From contig JAPDKE010000003.1 in NCBI GenBank assembly GCA_029258725.1, forward strand, positions 22,538 through 86,537: a stretch of 64,000 bases of DNA, written 5' to 3'. The translations under genes and the position numbers were made by a program. The stretch's first letter is position 1. Every line of letters starts with the position of its first letter. Below, piece by piece: positions 38,799 through 49,720 of this stretch. Below the pieces are notes generated by a model. That model saw only the letters and a list, made by a program, of their open reading frames with translations, did not search any database and was not told the origin of the DNA. Source of the DNA: a bacterium (lineage in GTDB: Bacteria; Hydrothermota; UBA3072; JAPDKE01).

Positions 38799-39298
38799 GG
38801 ATAAAGGGAAGGGTATGGAAGTTCGGGGACAACATATCCACCGATCACATAACACCTGGAAGATACTTCCATCTTCGCTCAAATATCCAGGAACTTGCCA
38901 GACATGTGATGGAGGATGCCGACCCTGAGTTTCCCAGAAAGGTAAAGCCGGGTGATATCATAGCAGCAGGAAAGAACTTCGGGCTCGGGTCTTCAAGAGA
39001 GTATGCACCAAGGGTCATAAAGATAAGTGGTGTTTCATGCATTCTTGCAAAGTCCTTTGCGCGGATATTCTACCGGAATGCAATAAACATAGGTCTTCCT
39101 GTGATAACATGCGATACAGACAGAATTGATGAAGGGGATGAAGTGGAGATTGATGTGGAAAAGGGAATAGTAAGGAACCTCACAAAGGGAGAAGAAATAC
39201 CTGCCTCCCCCATTCCTCCTTTCATGCTACGTATTCTGGAAGATGGAGGAATTGAGGAGCATATCAAAAAATACGGAGATTTCAGGCTGGAGGAGTAA
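38795..39298 (+). CDS. aconitase-family dehydratase small subunit, archaeal-type LeuD-like (167 aa)
   Basis: N-terminus [21 protein letters not shown]. It overlaps the large subunit by 4 nt. Confidence 0.8.
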   Translation: MRIKGRVWKFGDNISTDHITPGRYFHLRSNIQELARHVMEDADPEFPRKVKPGDIIAAGKNFGLGSSREYAPRVIKISGVSCILAKSFARIFYRNAINIGLPVITCDTDRIDEGDEVEIDVEKGIVRNLTKGEEIPASPIPPFMLRILEDGGIEEHIKKYGDFRLEE

Positions 39299-39299
39299 G

Positions 39300-40502
39300 A
39301 TGGGAGAAAAAATAAGGGTAAAGGATGGAAAACTTGTTGTTCCTGATAATCCTGTAATTCCCTATATAGAAGGGGATGGTGTTGGTCCTGATATAACACG
39401 CGCTGCGATGAGGGTTTTCAATGCAGCCGTTGAGAGGGCATATAAAGGAAAAAGAAAGATTGAGTGGCTGGAAATATATGCGGGAGAGAAGGGGGTGAAA
39501 GTAAAGGGAGAACTGCTTCCTGAGGAAACGGTTAATGCAATAAGGGAACATATAGTTGCAATAAAGGGTCCCCTCACCACCCCTGTGGGAGGAGGATACC
39601 GAAGCCTCAATGTTACCTTAAGACAGGTTCTTGACCTTTATGCATGTGTGAGACCGGTAAAGTGGATAAGGGGTGTTCCAAGCCCTGTGGTTCACCCGGA
39701 ATACATGGACATTGTTGTGTTCAGGGAAAATACAGAGGATGTATATGCAGGGATAGAGTGGCCCATGGGTTCTCCGGAGGCAAAGAAGGTGATAGAGTTC
39801 CTGAAAGATATGGGCTACAGCATAAGGGAGGATTCAGGCATAGGAATAAAGCCCATAAGCGAATTTGCAACAAAGCGGTTAATGAGGAAGGCATTAAAGT
39901 ATGCGATTGAGAGAAAGAGAAAGAGCATAACCATAGTCCACAAAGGGAATATAATGAAGTACACAGAAGGGGCGTTCAGGGACTGGTGTTATGAGGTTGC
40001 AAAGGAGGAATTCCGGGATTATGTTGTGCTTGAAAGCGAACTGGAAGGAGAAGCCCCTCCTGGAAAAATAGTGGTGAAGGACAGAATAGCAGACAACATG
40101 CTGCAGCAAATTCTGACAAGAACGCGTGAATACGATGTGATTGTGCTTCCAAATCTCAACGGTGATTATCTTTCCGATGCCGCAGCAGCACAGGTTGGTG
40201 GACTTGGAATGGCTCCAGGTGCAAATATAGGAGACTACACAGCACTTTTTGAGGCAACTCACGGAACCGCACCGAAGTATGCAGGGAAGGATGTGGTGAA
40301 TCCCTCATCCCTTATTCTTTCAGGTGTTATGATGTTTGAATACATTGGGTGGGAAGAGGTTTCATCCCTTATAGTAAATGCACTTGAAAAAACCATCCTT
40401 GACAGGAAGGTAACCTACGACCTTGCAAGGCACATGGAAGGCGTGGAACCTGTAAAAACAAGTGAGTTTGCAGAGGAAATAGTTAAAAGGATGGAGGTAT
40501 AA
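39300..40502 (+). CDS. icd: NADP-dependent isocitrate dehydrogenase (prokaryotic homodimeric type)
   Basis: Start refined to [33 protein letters not shown] (GGAGGAG ribosome-binding site). IDH-specific motifs throughout, including [12 protein letters not shown]-like ...[13 protein letters not shown]. Confidence 0.85.
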   Translation: MGEKIRVKDGKLVVPDNPVIPYIEGDGVGPDITRAAMRVFNAAVERAYKGKRKIEWLEIYAGEKGVKVKGELLPEETVNAIREHIVAIKGPLTTPVGGGYRSLNVTLRQVLDLYACVRPVKWIRGVPSPVVHPEYMDIVVFRENTEDVYAGIEWPMGSPEAKKVIEFLKDMGYSIREDSGIGIKPISEFATKRLMRKALKYAIERKRKSITIVHKGNIMKYTEGAFRDWCYEVAKEEFRDYVVLESELEGEAPPGKIVVKDRIADNMLQQILTRTREYDVIVLPNLNGDYLSDAAAAQVGGLGMAPGANIGDYTALFEATHGTAPKYAGKDVVNPSSLILSGVMMFEYIGWEEVSSLIVNALEKTILDRKVTYDLARHMEGVEPVKTSEFAEEIVKRMEV

Positions 40503-41246
40503 ATGAAGTGTAAACACTGTGGGAAGGAAATAAAGGAGGAATATCTCTTCTGCCCTTACTGTGGGGTTCTTCAGCGTGAGGATACACCCGAATATTTTGA
40601 AAGGATTTATCGCGAGATGAGGCTAAAAGGAAAGATGAGGTGCGCTGCCGAGGCACTGGAAGGAGCCATAAAGGCAGGTGGTGAAGACCCATACTATCTC
40701 AAAAACCTGGGAGATGTTTACTATCTAATGGGAAGGCTTGAGGATGCAATAAGATGCTTTGAGAGGTCCATAGAACTCAAACCCGATTTTGCGGACACAT
40801 ACTATTCCCTGGGGGTGGCATACTACCGTGCAGGACACGCAGGAAAGGCAAGGGATGCACTGAGAAAATGCATAGAATTGAATGAAGAATTTGCAATGGC
40901 GTATTACTGGCTTGGACTTGCCTTCTATCACGAAGGAAAACTCAGGGAGGCGGTTGAAAATTATGAAAAGCTCCTTTCCAAAAATCCGGAGTCCATGATT
41001 GCACATTATCATGCAGGGGTTGCATATGTAGCGCTTGGAGAGTACCGGAAGGCGGTTGAACACCTGGAAAAAATCAAGCAGCACTCTCCTGGAGACCCTG
41101 CCGTCTATTATTATCTGGGTAAGGCATACTTCAGGCTGCATGACCTTCCAAAGGCAATAGAAAATCTTACCAGATGTGTGGAAATAAGTGAAGATGAAAG
41201 GGCAAAAAGACTCCTCCATACCATAACATCCCCTCCAGAACTCTAA
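40503..41246 (+). CDS. TPR-repeat protein with N-terminal zinc ribbon
   Basis: CKHCGKEI...CPYCG followed by at least five TPR units (AxxYxxLGxxY pattern). Confidence 0.5.
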   Translation: MKCKHCGKEIKEEYLFCPYCGVLQREDTPEYFERIYREMRLKGKMRCAAEALEGAIKAGGEDPYYLKNLGDVYYLMGRLEDAIRCFERSIELKPDFADTYYSLGVAYYRAGHAGKARDALRKCIELNEEFAMAYYWLGLAFYHEGKLREAVENYEKLLSKNPESMIAHYHAGVAYVALGEYRKAVEHLEKIKQHSPGDPAVYYYLGKAYFRLHDLPKAIENLTRCVEISEDERAKRLLHTITSPPEL

Positions 41247-41299
41247 ACTTGACTTTTCCTTTACTGGATTGTATAGTTTTAAAAAACAAGGAGGTTTTT

Positions 41300-42130
41300 A
41301 TGAAGCGCCTGCTTCCATTTTTACTGGCTTTCCTTCTTATTGCGGGATGCGGGGGAGGGGAGGAACTGACCGATGAGGAAGCCCAGGATGCAGCACAGAC
41401 TGCTGTTACTGGAATCTCTGTGATGGCCCCCTGTTTCTTCTTCCCCGATGCATACACCCCTGAGGGAGTCAAGGGAGACACCATGTGGACCGAGGGAGAC
41501 CTTACAGACAACGACCTTGATGGGGTTACTGTAAGCGGTCGCTTCCACTATATGATTGACACGGTAACCATAGATACCCTTTTTCTCAACGACACAATCA
41601 AAACCAGAATTGAAGGGACTGTTATCCACGACGACGAGGGAACTGACGACGATCCGTTTACCTGGCATGTGCAGATAAAAAACGATAATGACCCTGAGGG
41701 ATACTTTGTTCTGGAAATGCTGGGTGTGAGTATGAAGTACAAGGGAGATATATCGGCATTCAGGGAAGAAAATGCATACAGTGTGGATGTGGACGAGTGG
41801 ATGTATGTTGAATCCGACAGTGGAAATGTGGGAATGCACTGGGATATAACCCTTGCCTTCACCCCCGATAACGAGGACTGGACCCCGGGAAGCATCCAGG
41901 ATGTGACCGGAACCATGACATTCAGCGGAGAATACGGGTTCTTTAACGAAAAGGAATTTGACTTTACCGTTGAAACAACCCGGGCACTTGAGGTTTCCTA
42001 TGCTCTTGGTGAGTTTGTTATAAATTCAGGAGAACTCCTTATATCCGATGCACACGGAAACGAGATAAAGGTTGTATTCACAGGAAACAATCAATACACA
42101 ATCTATCTGAATGGGAGGGAAATCTCATAA
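41300..42130 (+). CDS. hypothetical lipoprotein
   Basis: Start refined to MKRLLPFLLAFLLIAGCGGG (lipobox LIAGC; AGGAGG ribosome-binding site). An acidic secreted domain follows. Confidence 0.5.
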   Translation: MKRLLPFLLAFLLIAGCGGGEELTDEEAQDAAQTAVTGISVMAPCFFFPDAYTPEGVKGDTMWTEGDLTDNDLDGVTVSGRFHYMIDTVTIDTLFLNDTIKTRIEGTVIHDDEGTDDDPFTWHVQIKNDNDPEGYFVLEMLGVSMKYKGDISAFREENAYSVDVDEWMYVESDSGNVGMHWDITLAFTPDNEDWTPGSIQDVTGTMTFSGEYGFFNEKEFDFTVETTRALEVSYALGEFVINSGELLISDAHGNEIKVVFTGNNQYTIYLNGREIS

Positions 42131-42145
42131 AAGGGGAAGGAGGAG

Positions 42146-43798
42146 ATGGGATACACACCTGTAAAAGCACCAAGAGGAAAAACCCTTTCATGCAAATCAT
42201 GGCAGCTTGAGGCCCCCCTAAGGATGCTCATGAACAACCTTGACCCCGAGGTTGCAAAGGACCCGGAAAACCTCGTTGTTTACGGAGGAACCGGGAAGGC
42301 AGCAAGGAACTGGGAATGCTTCTGGAAGATAGTGGAAACTCTCAAGCAGATGGATGACGACGATACACTGCTTGTTCAATCAGGAAAGCCAGTTGCAGTC
42401 TTCAAGACCCATCCCTGGGCTCCCAGGGTCCTGATTGCAAACTCACTTCTTGTTCCAAAGTGGGCAACACTTGAGGAGTTCCTGCGCCTTGAGTCCATGG
42501 GATTGACCATGTACGGTCAGATGACAGCAGGAAGCTGGATATACATAGGAACGCAGGGAATTCTTCAGGGAACATACGAAACCGTTGCCTCTTTAGCAAG
42601 GGAGGAGTTTGGGGGGTCACTCAGGGGAAAGTGGATTCTCTCAGCAGGACTGGGAGAAATGGGTGGTGCACAGCCCCTCGCCTTCACCATGAACGATGGT
42701 GTTGCGATAATAGTTGAGGTTGACAGGCGTGCAATAGACAGAAGGCTGAAAACAGAATACCTTGATACATGGACGGATAATCTGGATGAGGCATTGAGGA
42801 TGAAGGACGAGGCATTGAAGGAAGGAAAACCTCTATCCATAGGGCTGCTTGCAAATGCTGCTGATGTTCTTCCAGAACTTGTAAAGAGAGACATAATTCC
42901 TGATGTTGTAACAGACCAGACCGCAGCACACGACCCCCTCAATGGATACATACCAAAGGGTCTCTCGGTTGAGGAGGCAGCAGACCTGAGAAAGCGCGAC
43001 CCTGACGAGTATCTCAAGCGTGCCTATGATTCCATGGCAATCCATGTTGAGGCAATCCTTGAGATGCAAAAAAGAGGTGCAAGGGCGTTTGAATATGGAA
43101 ACAACCTGCGTCAGCGTGCAAAGGAGGCGGGGATTGAGAATGCATTTGACATCCCTGGATATGTTCCAAAGTACATAAGACCTCTCTTCTCACGCGGAAG
43201 CGGTCCCTTCAGATGGGCTGCACTTTCAGGAAATCCCGAAGACATATACAGGACCGACAGGAAACTCCTTGAAACATTCCCTGAGGATGAACACCTGAGA
43301 AAGTGGATTGAGATGGCACAGCGCAAAGTGAGGTTCCAGGGGCTTCCTGCAAGGATATGCTGGCTTGCATACGGAGACAGGGCAAAGTTTGGAGAGATGG
43401 TGAATGATATGGTGAAGCGCGGAGAACTTGAGGCCCCCGTGGTTATAGGAAGAGACCATCACGATACCGGCTCCGTTGCATCTCCCAACAGGGAAACAGA
43501 GGCAATGAAGGACGGTTCCGATGCAATAGCAGACTGGCCCATCCTCAATGCACTTCTGAACACCGCATCCGGTGCAACATGGGTATCCGTTCATCATGGA
43601 GGTGGAGTTGGAATAGGATACTCCATCCATGCAGGAATGGTGGTTGTTGCCGATGGAACAGAGGAACAGAGGAAGAAACTTGTAAGGGTCCTGACAAACG
43701 ACCCCGGAAGTGGCGTTGTAAGGCATGCAGATGCTGGATACGAGATAGCAATACAGACTGCAAAAGAGAAGGGAATATGGATGCCGATGTTGCAATAG
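42146..43798 (+). CDS. hutU: urocanate hydratase
   Basis: 550 aa; full-length urocanase similarity (N-terminus [31 protein letters not shown]... and the NAD-binding core). Confidence 0.9.
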   Translation: MGYTPVKAPRGKTLSCKSWQLEAPLRMLMNNLDPEVAKDPENLVVYGGTGKAARNWECFWKIVETLKQMDDDDTLLVQSGKPVAVFKTHPWAPRVLIANSLLVPKWATLEEFLRLESMGLTMYGQMTAGSWIYIGTQGILQGTYETVASLAREEFGGSLRGKWILSAGLGEMGGAQPLAFTMNDGVAIIVEVDRRAIDRRLKTEYLDTWTDNLDEALRMKDEALKEGKPLSIGLLANAADVLPELVKRDIIPDVVTDQTAAHDPLNGYIPKGLSVEEAADLRKRDPDEYLKRAYDSMAIHVEAILEMQKRGARAFEYGNNLRQRAKEAGIENAFDIPGYVPKYIRPLFSRGSGPFRWAALSGNPEDIYRTDRKLLETFPEDEHLRKWIEMAQRKVRFQGLPARICWLAYGDRAKFGEMVNDMVKRGELEAPVVIGRDHHDTGSVASPNRETEAMKDGSDAIADWPILNALLNTASGATWVSVHHGGGVGIGYSIHAGMVVVADGTEEQRKKLVRVLTNDPGSGVVRHADAGYEIAIQTAKEKGIWMPMLQ

Positions 43799-44970
43799 GT
43801 CCTGCACGGGTCCTTACTCTTCAGGGTGGAGTAAGAAGGGGAAAGAATATAGACCTGGGTGTAATGGACCCGGGATGGGTGGGTGTGAGGGATGGAAAAA
43901 TCGTGTATGTGGGAACCGAAAGGATAGAAGCAAAAAGGATAATTCCGGCGGAGGGGAAGGTTCTCATGCCAGGATTTATAGACCCTCACACCCACCTCGT
44001 CTTTGCCGGCTCCAGGGTGGATGAGTTTGAAATGAAGATAAAGGGTAAGAGTTATATGGAAATAAGGGAGGCTGGTGGTGGAATAATGTCAACCGTGAGG
44101 AAGACAAGGGAGGCGGATAAGGAAGAACTGAAAAAACTTGCAAAAGAAAGGCTTAAGCGCATGCTTTCATATGGGGTTACAACCGTTGAGGTAAAAACAG
44201 GATATGGTCTCACCCGTGAAGATGAACTCAAAATGCTTGATGTTATATGTGAACTTCAGGAAGAATTCAATGTTGTTCCAACCTTCCTTGGGGCACACGA
44301 TTTTCCTCCTGAATACTCAAGGGAGGAGTGGATTCAGGAGGTAATCTCCATGATTCCTGAGGTAAAGGATAAGGCAAAATTTGCCGATGTATTCTGTGAG
44401 GATGGAGTATTTACCAAAGAAGAATCAAGAAAAATTTTGATGGAGGCAAAAAAACATGGACTTGGAATAAAAATACATGCAGATGAGATAAAAAGTTCCG
44501 GAGGAACAGAACTTGCAGGTGAACTTGGAGCAATTTCATGCGACCATGTAGTTTATCCTTCAGAAAAGGGGTTGAAATTGATAAAAAAATGTGGTACAAT
44601 AATAGTGTTACTCCCGGGAACTTCTTTCTTCCTGGGAGGAGACAGACCCCCGGTAGAGAGGATGAGGGAGGAGGGGATACCACTTGCAGTTGGAACGGAT
44701 TTCAATCCAGGTTCTTCTCCCATCCTTTCTCTTCCTCTCGTAATGGGGATAGGACAGGTTCACTACCGCCTCACGCCAGAGGAGGTTATTGCAGGAGTTA
44801 CGATAAATGCAGCGTATGCAACAGGTGTTCAGGAAAGGAAGGGAAGCATAGAACAGGGAAAGGACGCAGACCTCGTTCTTTTGAAATACCGTGATGAAAG
44901 AGAGATAGGATACTGGATTGGGGAAAACCCCTGTGAACTTGTTATGAAAGGGGGAGAGACCGTTGGATGA
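43777..44970 (+). CDS. hutI: imidazolonepropionase
   Basis: Start refined to [13 protein letters not shown]. Amidohydrolase motifs include [16 protein letters not shown] and ...KIHADE... The ORF-track N-terminal extension is an overlap artefact. Confidence 0.85.
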   Translation: MDADVAIGPARVLTLQGGVRRGKNIDLGVMDPGWVGVRDGKIVYVGTERIEAKRIIPAEGKVLMPGFIDPHTHLVFAGSRVDEFEMKIKGKSYMEIREAGGGIMSTVRKTREADKEELKKLAKERLKRMLSYGVTTVEVKTGYGLTREDELKMLDVICELQEEFNVVPTFLGAHDFPPEYSREEWIQEVISMIPEVKDKAKFADVFCEDGVFTKEESRKILMEAKKHGLGIKIHADEIKSSGGTELAGELGAISCDHVVYPSEKGLKLIKKCGTIIVLLPGTSFFLGGDRPPVERMREEGIPLAVGTDFNPGSSPILSLPLVMGIGQVHYRLTPEEVIAGVTINAAYATGVQERKGSIEQGKDADLVLLKYRDEREIGYWIGENPCELVMKGGETVG

Positions 44971-45937
44971 ACAGGAACTTGAACGCATAACAGGGGGAGA
45001 TCCGGTAAAAGGGGTTATTGTGGGTCTTGGAGCAGTGGAGAGTGGGGGTGGTAAGGAAGGGTACTGGCTGCTCGCAAAGTCGTATTTCACACTCGGACTT
45101 TATAAGGATGGAATTCTTGCATTGAAGGAATACTTAAAACAGGGCGGTGATGAGGAGAAAATAAGAGAACTCATTCCCCTCCTCCCCCCTGATGCACAGC
45201 GTGTTTTTGAGAAAAAGCCTGCAAAGAAGGAGGTGAAAGAAGGAGAATTTGATGGAAATGCATTTCTTGAGATGGCAAATCTATTATGGGATATAGGTTC
45301 TCCTGAAGAGGCAAAACAGAACTACCTGAGGGCTTTTGAGTGTTTCATTGATGAGGGAAATCCTGAAAAGGCAGAAGAAATTCTTGCGTGGATGAAGGAA
45401 AGGTTCCCCGGTGATTCTGACATCGCTTCGCTTTCCGTTCCAAAAGAAAGTCTTTTTGACAAGCTCTCCTCCATTCAGTTCCCTGAGGACCCTGAGAGGG
45501 AAGGAGAGGTGAGGCTCAGGATAGCAGAAAAGTTGCGCGAGGAGGGAATGATAAAACATGCGGTCTCAGAGCTTGAAAAGGTTATGAAGATAAAATCTCC
45601 TGCAAGAACCCGTGCAATAAATCTTATCTACGATATCCTGCATGATAGGGAAAAAGGAAGACTGATCAATCTCTTTGAAGAAGTTGCTTCCCTTCCTCTT
45701 ACCGATGAGGAAAAACTCAATCTTTACTATAAACTCGGCATGCTTTATGAGGAAGAGGGAAGAAAGGAAAAGGCTGAGGAATACTGGAGGTGGATATATA
45801 CGAGAAAACCGGATTACATGGATGTAAAAGAAAGGCTGAGAAAAGAAAAGAAAGAGGCAAAGGTGGAAGAAAAGCCCGTTCCCGTCCTCTCTGTTCCGGT
45901 AAAGAAGGTGGGAGAAGAAAATATACAGTTCCTGTAA
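44963..45937 (+). CDS. hypothetical acidic helical repeat (TPR-like) protein
   Basis: 324 aa, K/E-rich and helical; no family recognised. It overlaps the hutI stop. Confidence 0.4.
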   Translation: MDEQELERITGGDPVKGVIVGLGAVESGGGKEGYWLLAKSYFTLGLYKDGILALKEYLKQGGDEEKIRELIPLLPPDAQRVFEKKPAKKEVKEGEFDGNAFLEMANLLWDIGSPEEAKQNYLRAFECFIDEGNPEKAEEILAWMKERFPGDSDIASLSVPKESLFDKLSSIQFPEDPEREGEVRLRIAEKLREEGMIKHAVSELEKVMKIKSPARTRAINLIYDILHDREKGRLINLFEEVASLPLTDEEKLNLYYKLGMLYEEEGRKEKAEEYWRWIYTRKPDYMDVKERLRKEKKEAKVEEKPVPVLSVPVKKVGEENIQFL

Positions 45938-45946
45938 GGAGGAGTA

Positions 45947-46765
45947 ATGGACTACGAGGCGTTTTACGGGCTTGAAAGAGAACCATTTGGTGATATTCCG
46001 GACCCTGAATTCTTCTATTCAGGTCCAGAGCACATAAGGGCATTTTACAAACTGATTCATATTGCAAGAAAGGGAAGGGGGCTTGGGGTTCTTATAGGGG
46101 ATGTTGGAACGGGAAAGACAACCATAGCAAGAAGAATTCTGAGGGAACTTGAGAATTCAGATGGATTTGAGGCAGGTTTGCTTGTTCTCACCCATGATGA
46201 ATTTGACGAAATCTCATTCCTTGTGAGACTCTCTTCACTTCTTGGAATAGAACCATCCGGGTCCAAGACCTCCATCCTTTCATCCATCACCGCAAAACTT
46301 GCGGAAAACTATCAGAATGGAAAGCGCACCGTTCTCATGATAGATGAGGCAAATAACCTGAAAAATCCCGAGATAATGGAGGAAATAAGAGGGCTTCTGA
46401 ACCTTGAGCTCTCTTCAGGCAGGTTTGTCTCCTTCATTCTTTCAGGAATGCCATCTCTGCTTGAAAGCCTGAAGCAGAATGCCTCTCTCTATCAGAGAAT
46501 AAATACCGTGGTAAAGCTCAAGCCCCTCTCCCCTGCCTCAACAAGGGAATACATAAGACACAGGATAAAGACTGCAGGGGGAAATGAGGAAATATTCACG
46601 GAGACCGCATACGACCTCATTTATCGTTTCAGTCAGGGAAGACCGAGACTCATAAATGTGATATGTGACAACGCACTGCTTGAGGGTGCGCTCATGAAGA
46701 AAAAGCCCATAGATGCCTCAGTTATTGAAACTGTTGTTGAGGAGCTCGGTCTGAGGGAGGGCTGA
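45947..46765 (+). CDS. ExeA/GspA/MshM-like AAA ATPase (AAA_16)
   Basis: FYGLEREPFGDIPDPEFFYSGPEH...IGDVGTGKTT and LMIDEANNL match the COG3267 ExeA-family pattern. Confidence 0.65.
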   Translation: MDYEAFYGLEREPFGDIPDPEFFYSGPEHIRAFYKLIHIARKGRGLGVLIGDVGTGKTTIARRILRELENSDGFEAGLLVLTHDEFDEISFLVRLSSLLGIEPSGSKTSILSSITAKLAENYQNGKRTVLMIDEANNLKNPEIMEEIRGLLNLELSSGRFVSFILSGMPSLLESLKQNASLYQRINTVVKLKPLSPASTREYIRHRIKTAGGNEEIFTETAYDLIYRFSQGRPRLINVICDNALLEGALMKKKPIDASVIETVVEELGLREG

Positions 46766-46766
46766 T

Positions 46767-48623
46767 ATGCCCAAAAAAATAGACCAGGCAAAATCCCTGA
46801 GGGATCAGGCTAAGGAGGCAGAGAGAAAAGGAGACCTCAAAAAAGCAATAGAACTGTATGAGAAGGCAATCTCCATTGCTGAGGAGCCTGCCTTCCTCAA
46901 CGAACTTGGGGAGCTTTACAGAAAAGCAGGAGAAAAAGACAAGGCGGTGAATGTCCTCTGGCAGGCTCTTGAAAAGTTTAAAGAAATGGATTTCTATCCC
47001 AATGCAATTGCTGTTGCAATGAAATTGAAAAAGATTATCGGGGAGGACATTGAATTGCTCGAGGTTCTTGCAGACCTCCAGAACAGGCAGGGACTGCTTG
47101 CGGATGCAATAAGCACCTATTCCAGACTTGCTGAACTTTTGAAGAAAGAGGGGGATATTGAAGGGGTGATAGAGGTCTACAAGAAGATGGTTGAGGTTAC
47201 CCCGAAGAGAGTGGACCTCAGGCTGAAACTCGTTGACATATATCTCTCCCAGGGCAAGACAGAAGAGGCGGTTGAGGAACTTAAAAAGGTGAGGGACATA
47301 TATGAGGAGCAGGGGAAGGTTGAGAAGGTTGAGGAAATAGAGGCAAGGATAAGAGAACTCACAGGAGAAGAAGCTGTTGAGGAAAAGAAAGAAGAGGAGG
47401 CAGAAGAAATAAAAATTGTGTTTGAACAGACTCCTGAGGCGAAGGTGTTTGAAGAGATAAAGGAAGAAAAAGAGGAAGAAGTAAAAGAAATAGCACCCAC
47501 CATCGAAGAAGAGGTAATAAAGGCACCCCCCTCAGAGATTCCCGAGCCCGGCGCAGAGGTTGCAGAGGCGATTGGTGACTGGAATGAATGGGTGAGTCTT
47601 GCAGAACTTTATCTCTCTGTCGGTTCAACGGATGAGGCGGTTGAATACCTTTACAAGGCTGCTGATTTGAATTTTGATGAGGGAAATTTTGAAAAGGCTG
47701 AGGAACTTTACAGGAAAATATGCGAACTAAGACCATTTGAACTGAGACCGAGGCAGAAACTTGTTCAGATTGCCCTGAAGAAGAACAACAGGAAAATGGC
47801 AGCAGAGGCATACTTTGAACTTGCGGAGTGCCTTGAAAGAAGAGGAGCAAATGAGGAGGCAAGAAAAAATCTTGAAAAGGCAAGAAAGCTTGACCCAAAG
47901 AATGAAAAAATACTCAAAAAACTTGCAGGAGAAAAGCCTGTTGAGGTTGCCCCTCTAAAGGAGGAGAAGGAAACCGTTATCAGTATGGAAGAATTGCTCA
48001 AAGAAGAGGCAAAGCCAAAGGCAAAGTTTGTTGTGCACGAGGAGGCAGCACCTGAAGGAGATTTTCTCACCCTTGAGGAGTTGCTCGAAGAGTTCAAGGA
48101 AGGGGTTTTCAAACACATTGGGGAGGGGGATTATGCAGCCCATTACGACCTTGGAGTCACTTATAAAGAAATGGGATTGATTGATGAGGCGATAAAGGAG
48201 TTTGAGATTGCATCAAAAGGAAAAAATGAGGAGCTGAAGGCACTGGAGATGCTCGGGCTTTGCTATGAGGAAAAGGGAGAGCTTGATAAGGCAGAGGAAA
48301 CATATCTCAGGGCACTTGCCATTGAGGGGCACAAACCCGAAGAATATATAGGATTCCACTACCGGCTCGGGAACATATATGAAAGCCAGAAGAGGATTGA
48401 AGAGGCTGTGAAGGAGTACATGAAGGTTGCAAAACTTGACCCGAATTTCCTGGATGTGAGGGATAAACTCAAGAAACTCTCCTCCATGATACCCAAGCCG
48501 GGGAAGAAAAAGGAGGAAAAGCCCGAGCCTGCTCCGGGAGAGGTATTGAAGCAGTTAAGAGAGGATATTTTAAAAGGGCTTGAGGAGGAAGAGGAAAAGC
48601 AGGATAAAATATCCTACATGTAA
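46767..48623 (+). CDS. TPR-repeat / acidic coiled-coil protein (MshN-like partner of the ExeA-like ATPase)
   Basis: 618 aa with TPR units at both ends and a very acidic E/K-rich central linker. It follows the ExeA-like gene with a 1-nt gap. Confidence 0.5.
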   Translation: MPKKIDQAKSLRDQAKEAERKGDLKKAIELYEKAISIAEEPAFLNELGELYRKAGEKDKAVNVLWQALEKFKEMDFYPNAIAVAMKLKKIIGEDIELLEVLADLQNRQGLLADAISTYSRLAELLKKEGDIEGVIEVYKKMVEVTPKRVDLRLKLVDIYLSQGKTEEAVEELKKVRDIYEEQGKVEKVEEIEARIRELTGEEAVEEKKEEEAEEIKIVFEQTPEAKVFEEIKEEKEEEVKEIAPTIEEEVIKAPPSEIPEPGAEVAEAIGDWNEWVSLAELYLSVGSTDEAVEYLYKAADLNFDEGNFEKAEELYRKICELRPFELRPRQKLVQIALKKNNRKMAAEAYFELAECLERRGANEEARKNLEKARKLDPKNEKILKKLAGEKPVEVAPLKEEKETVISMEELLKEEAKPKAKFVVHEEAAPEGDFLTLEELLEEFKEGVFKHIGEGDYAAHYDLGVTYKEMGLIDEAIKEFEIASKGKNEELKALEMLGLCYEEKGELDKAEETYLRALAIEGHKPEEYIGFHYRLGNIYESQKRIEEAVKEYMKVAKLDPNFLDVRDKLKKLSSMIPKPGKKKEEKPEPAPGEVLKQLREDILKGLEEEEEKQDKISYM

Positions 48624-49720
48624 GGCATAACAACAACCCTTCCTGCATCCCTTACTCTCAAAATCTTTGAGTATCTTTTAAACAGTTCCTCCAGGGCATC
48701 TTCTAAACCTGGAAATGGAACAAATCCTATCTCTTTTAACCTGTCCCCCATGGAACTAACGCACCATATTTCCACCCTTTTCATAAGCTCCATCATTCTC
48801 TTTGCCTTGTGCATACCCAGGCAATATTTTTCAGGGAGTCTCCTCTCTTTGAGCATATCATAAAAGTGAGAGGGTCCTGTCCCCTCCTCAAGGTCTGCAA
48901 CCAGTAAAATAACCCCACCATCTCTTACAATCTCTTTTACATTCTCTATCCCCTTGTGTGCCTGATAGAGATTTTTTGAAAGCGGAGGATAAACCTCTGC
49001 AATAACTGCATCAACCTTTTCCATTTCAAAAAGATAAATCCTCTTTGCAAGTTCATAGGCACCTGAAAGAGAGGAAAGACACTCACCAAAGAAATACCCC
49101 ACCACCTCCTTTTCCCACTGAACAAGATTGAGAGAAAAAAATTCTTTTCCGGCTAATTTCACTCCCTCAACCATGTCTTCATGAACTGGATTTCCTTCAA
49201 GTTTAAGAGGAAGTGCCTCCGGTTCCATTGCAAGAGAATGATTCTTCTCTATGGTTTCATACGCAGAAATCCCGGGAATGTAGGACTTTCTTCCCCCTGT
49301 TATTCCTGCAAAGTAATGGGGTTCCACAGATGTTATGTTCACAACACATGGGTGTTCAAGGACAATTTTATTTAAATAGACCGGAGTCCCTCTGCTGGTT
49401 TCACCGCAGTGGATAAAAGAAGAATTTTTTGCATCGTGGATGTAAACAGGATATTTTTTGAAATCACCGAGTATTTCCTCTATTTCCTTTTGGGTGGGAC
49501 TCCTGTGGGTTCCGGTTGCGATGAGAAAGGAAATGTCCTTTCCTTCAAGGTATTCCTTTGCACTTTCCAGAATTTTCCTGGTTGGAGTCGGTCTTGTATG
49601 GTCGTTTACAACAAAAAGAATCCTTTCTCTCTCTTCAAGGAACCGGTAAAACTCCTCCGGACTCCCCCTTCTTTCAGGTCTTCTTGCTCTTATCTCCTCT
49701 AATTCTTGTTCCCTCCTCAC
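48614..49720 (-). CDS. LarA-like (DUF2088, nickel-pincer-dependent lactate racemase family) protein
   Basis: VVNDHTRPTP ... LIATGTHRSPT ... HD ... VEPHYFAGITGGRKSYIPG are conserved LarA-family motifs. Confidence 0.6.
   Translation of the reverse strand: MRREQELEEIRARRPERRGSPEEFYRFLEERERILFVVNDHTRPTPTRKILESAKEYLEGKDISFLIATGTHRSPTQKEIEEILGDFKKYPVYIHDAKNSSFIHCGETSRGTPVYLNKIVLEHPCVVNITSVEPHYFAGITGGRKSYIPGISAYETIEKNHSLAMEPEALPLKLEGNPVHEDMVEGVKLAGKEFFSLNLVQWEKEVVGYFFGECLSSLSGAYELAKRIYLFEMEKVDAVIAEVYPPLSKNLYQAHKGIENVKEIVRDGGVILLVADLEEGTGPSHFYDMLKERRLPEKYCLGMHKAKRMMELMKRVEIWCVSSMGDRLKEIGFVPFPGLEDALEELFKRYSKILRVRDAGRVVVMPYM

Noticed and set aside
43579-43776. 66-codon N-terminal extension of the hutI ORF ([11 protein letters not shown]...)
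   Set aside because: It lies in an alternate frame of the hutU 3' end and is Cys/Arg/Trp-rich nonsense. Real HutI begins at MDADVAI (43777).
47177-47898. Ser/Phe- and Leu/Pro-rich minus-strand ORFs
   Set aside because: They are antisense to the E/K-rich acidic linker of the TPR protein. This is a complement artefact.
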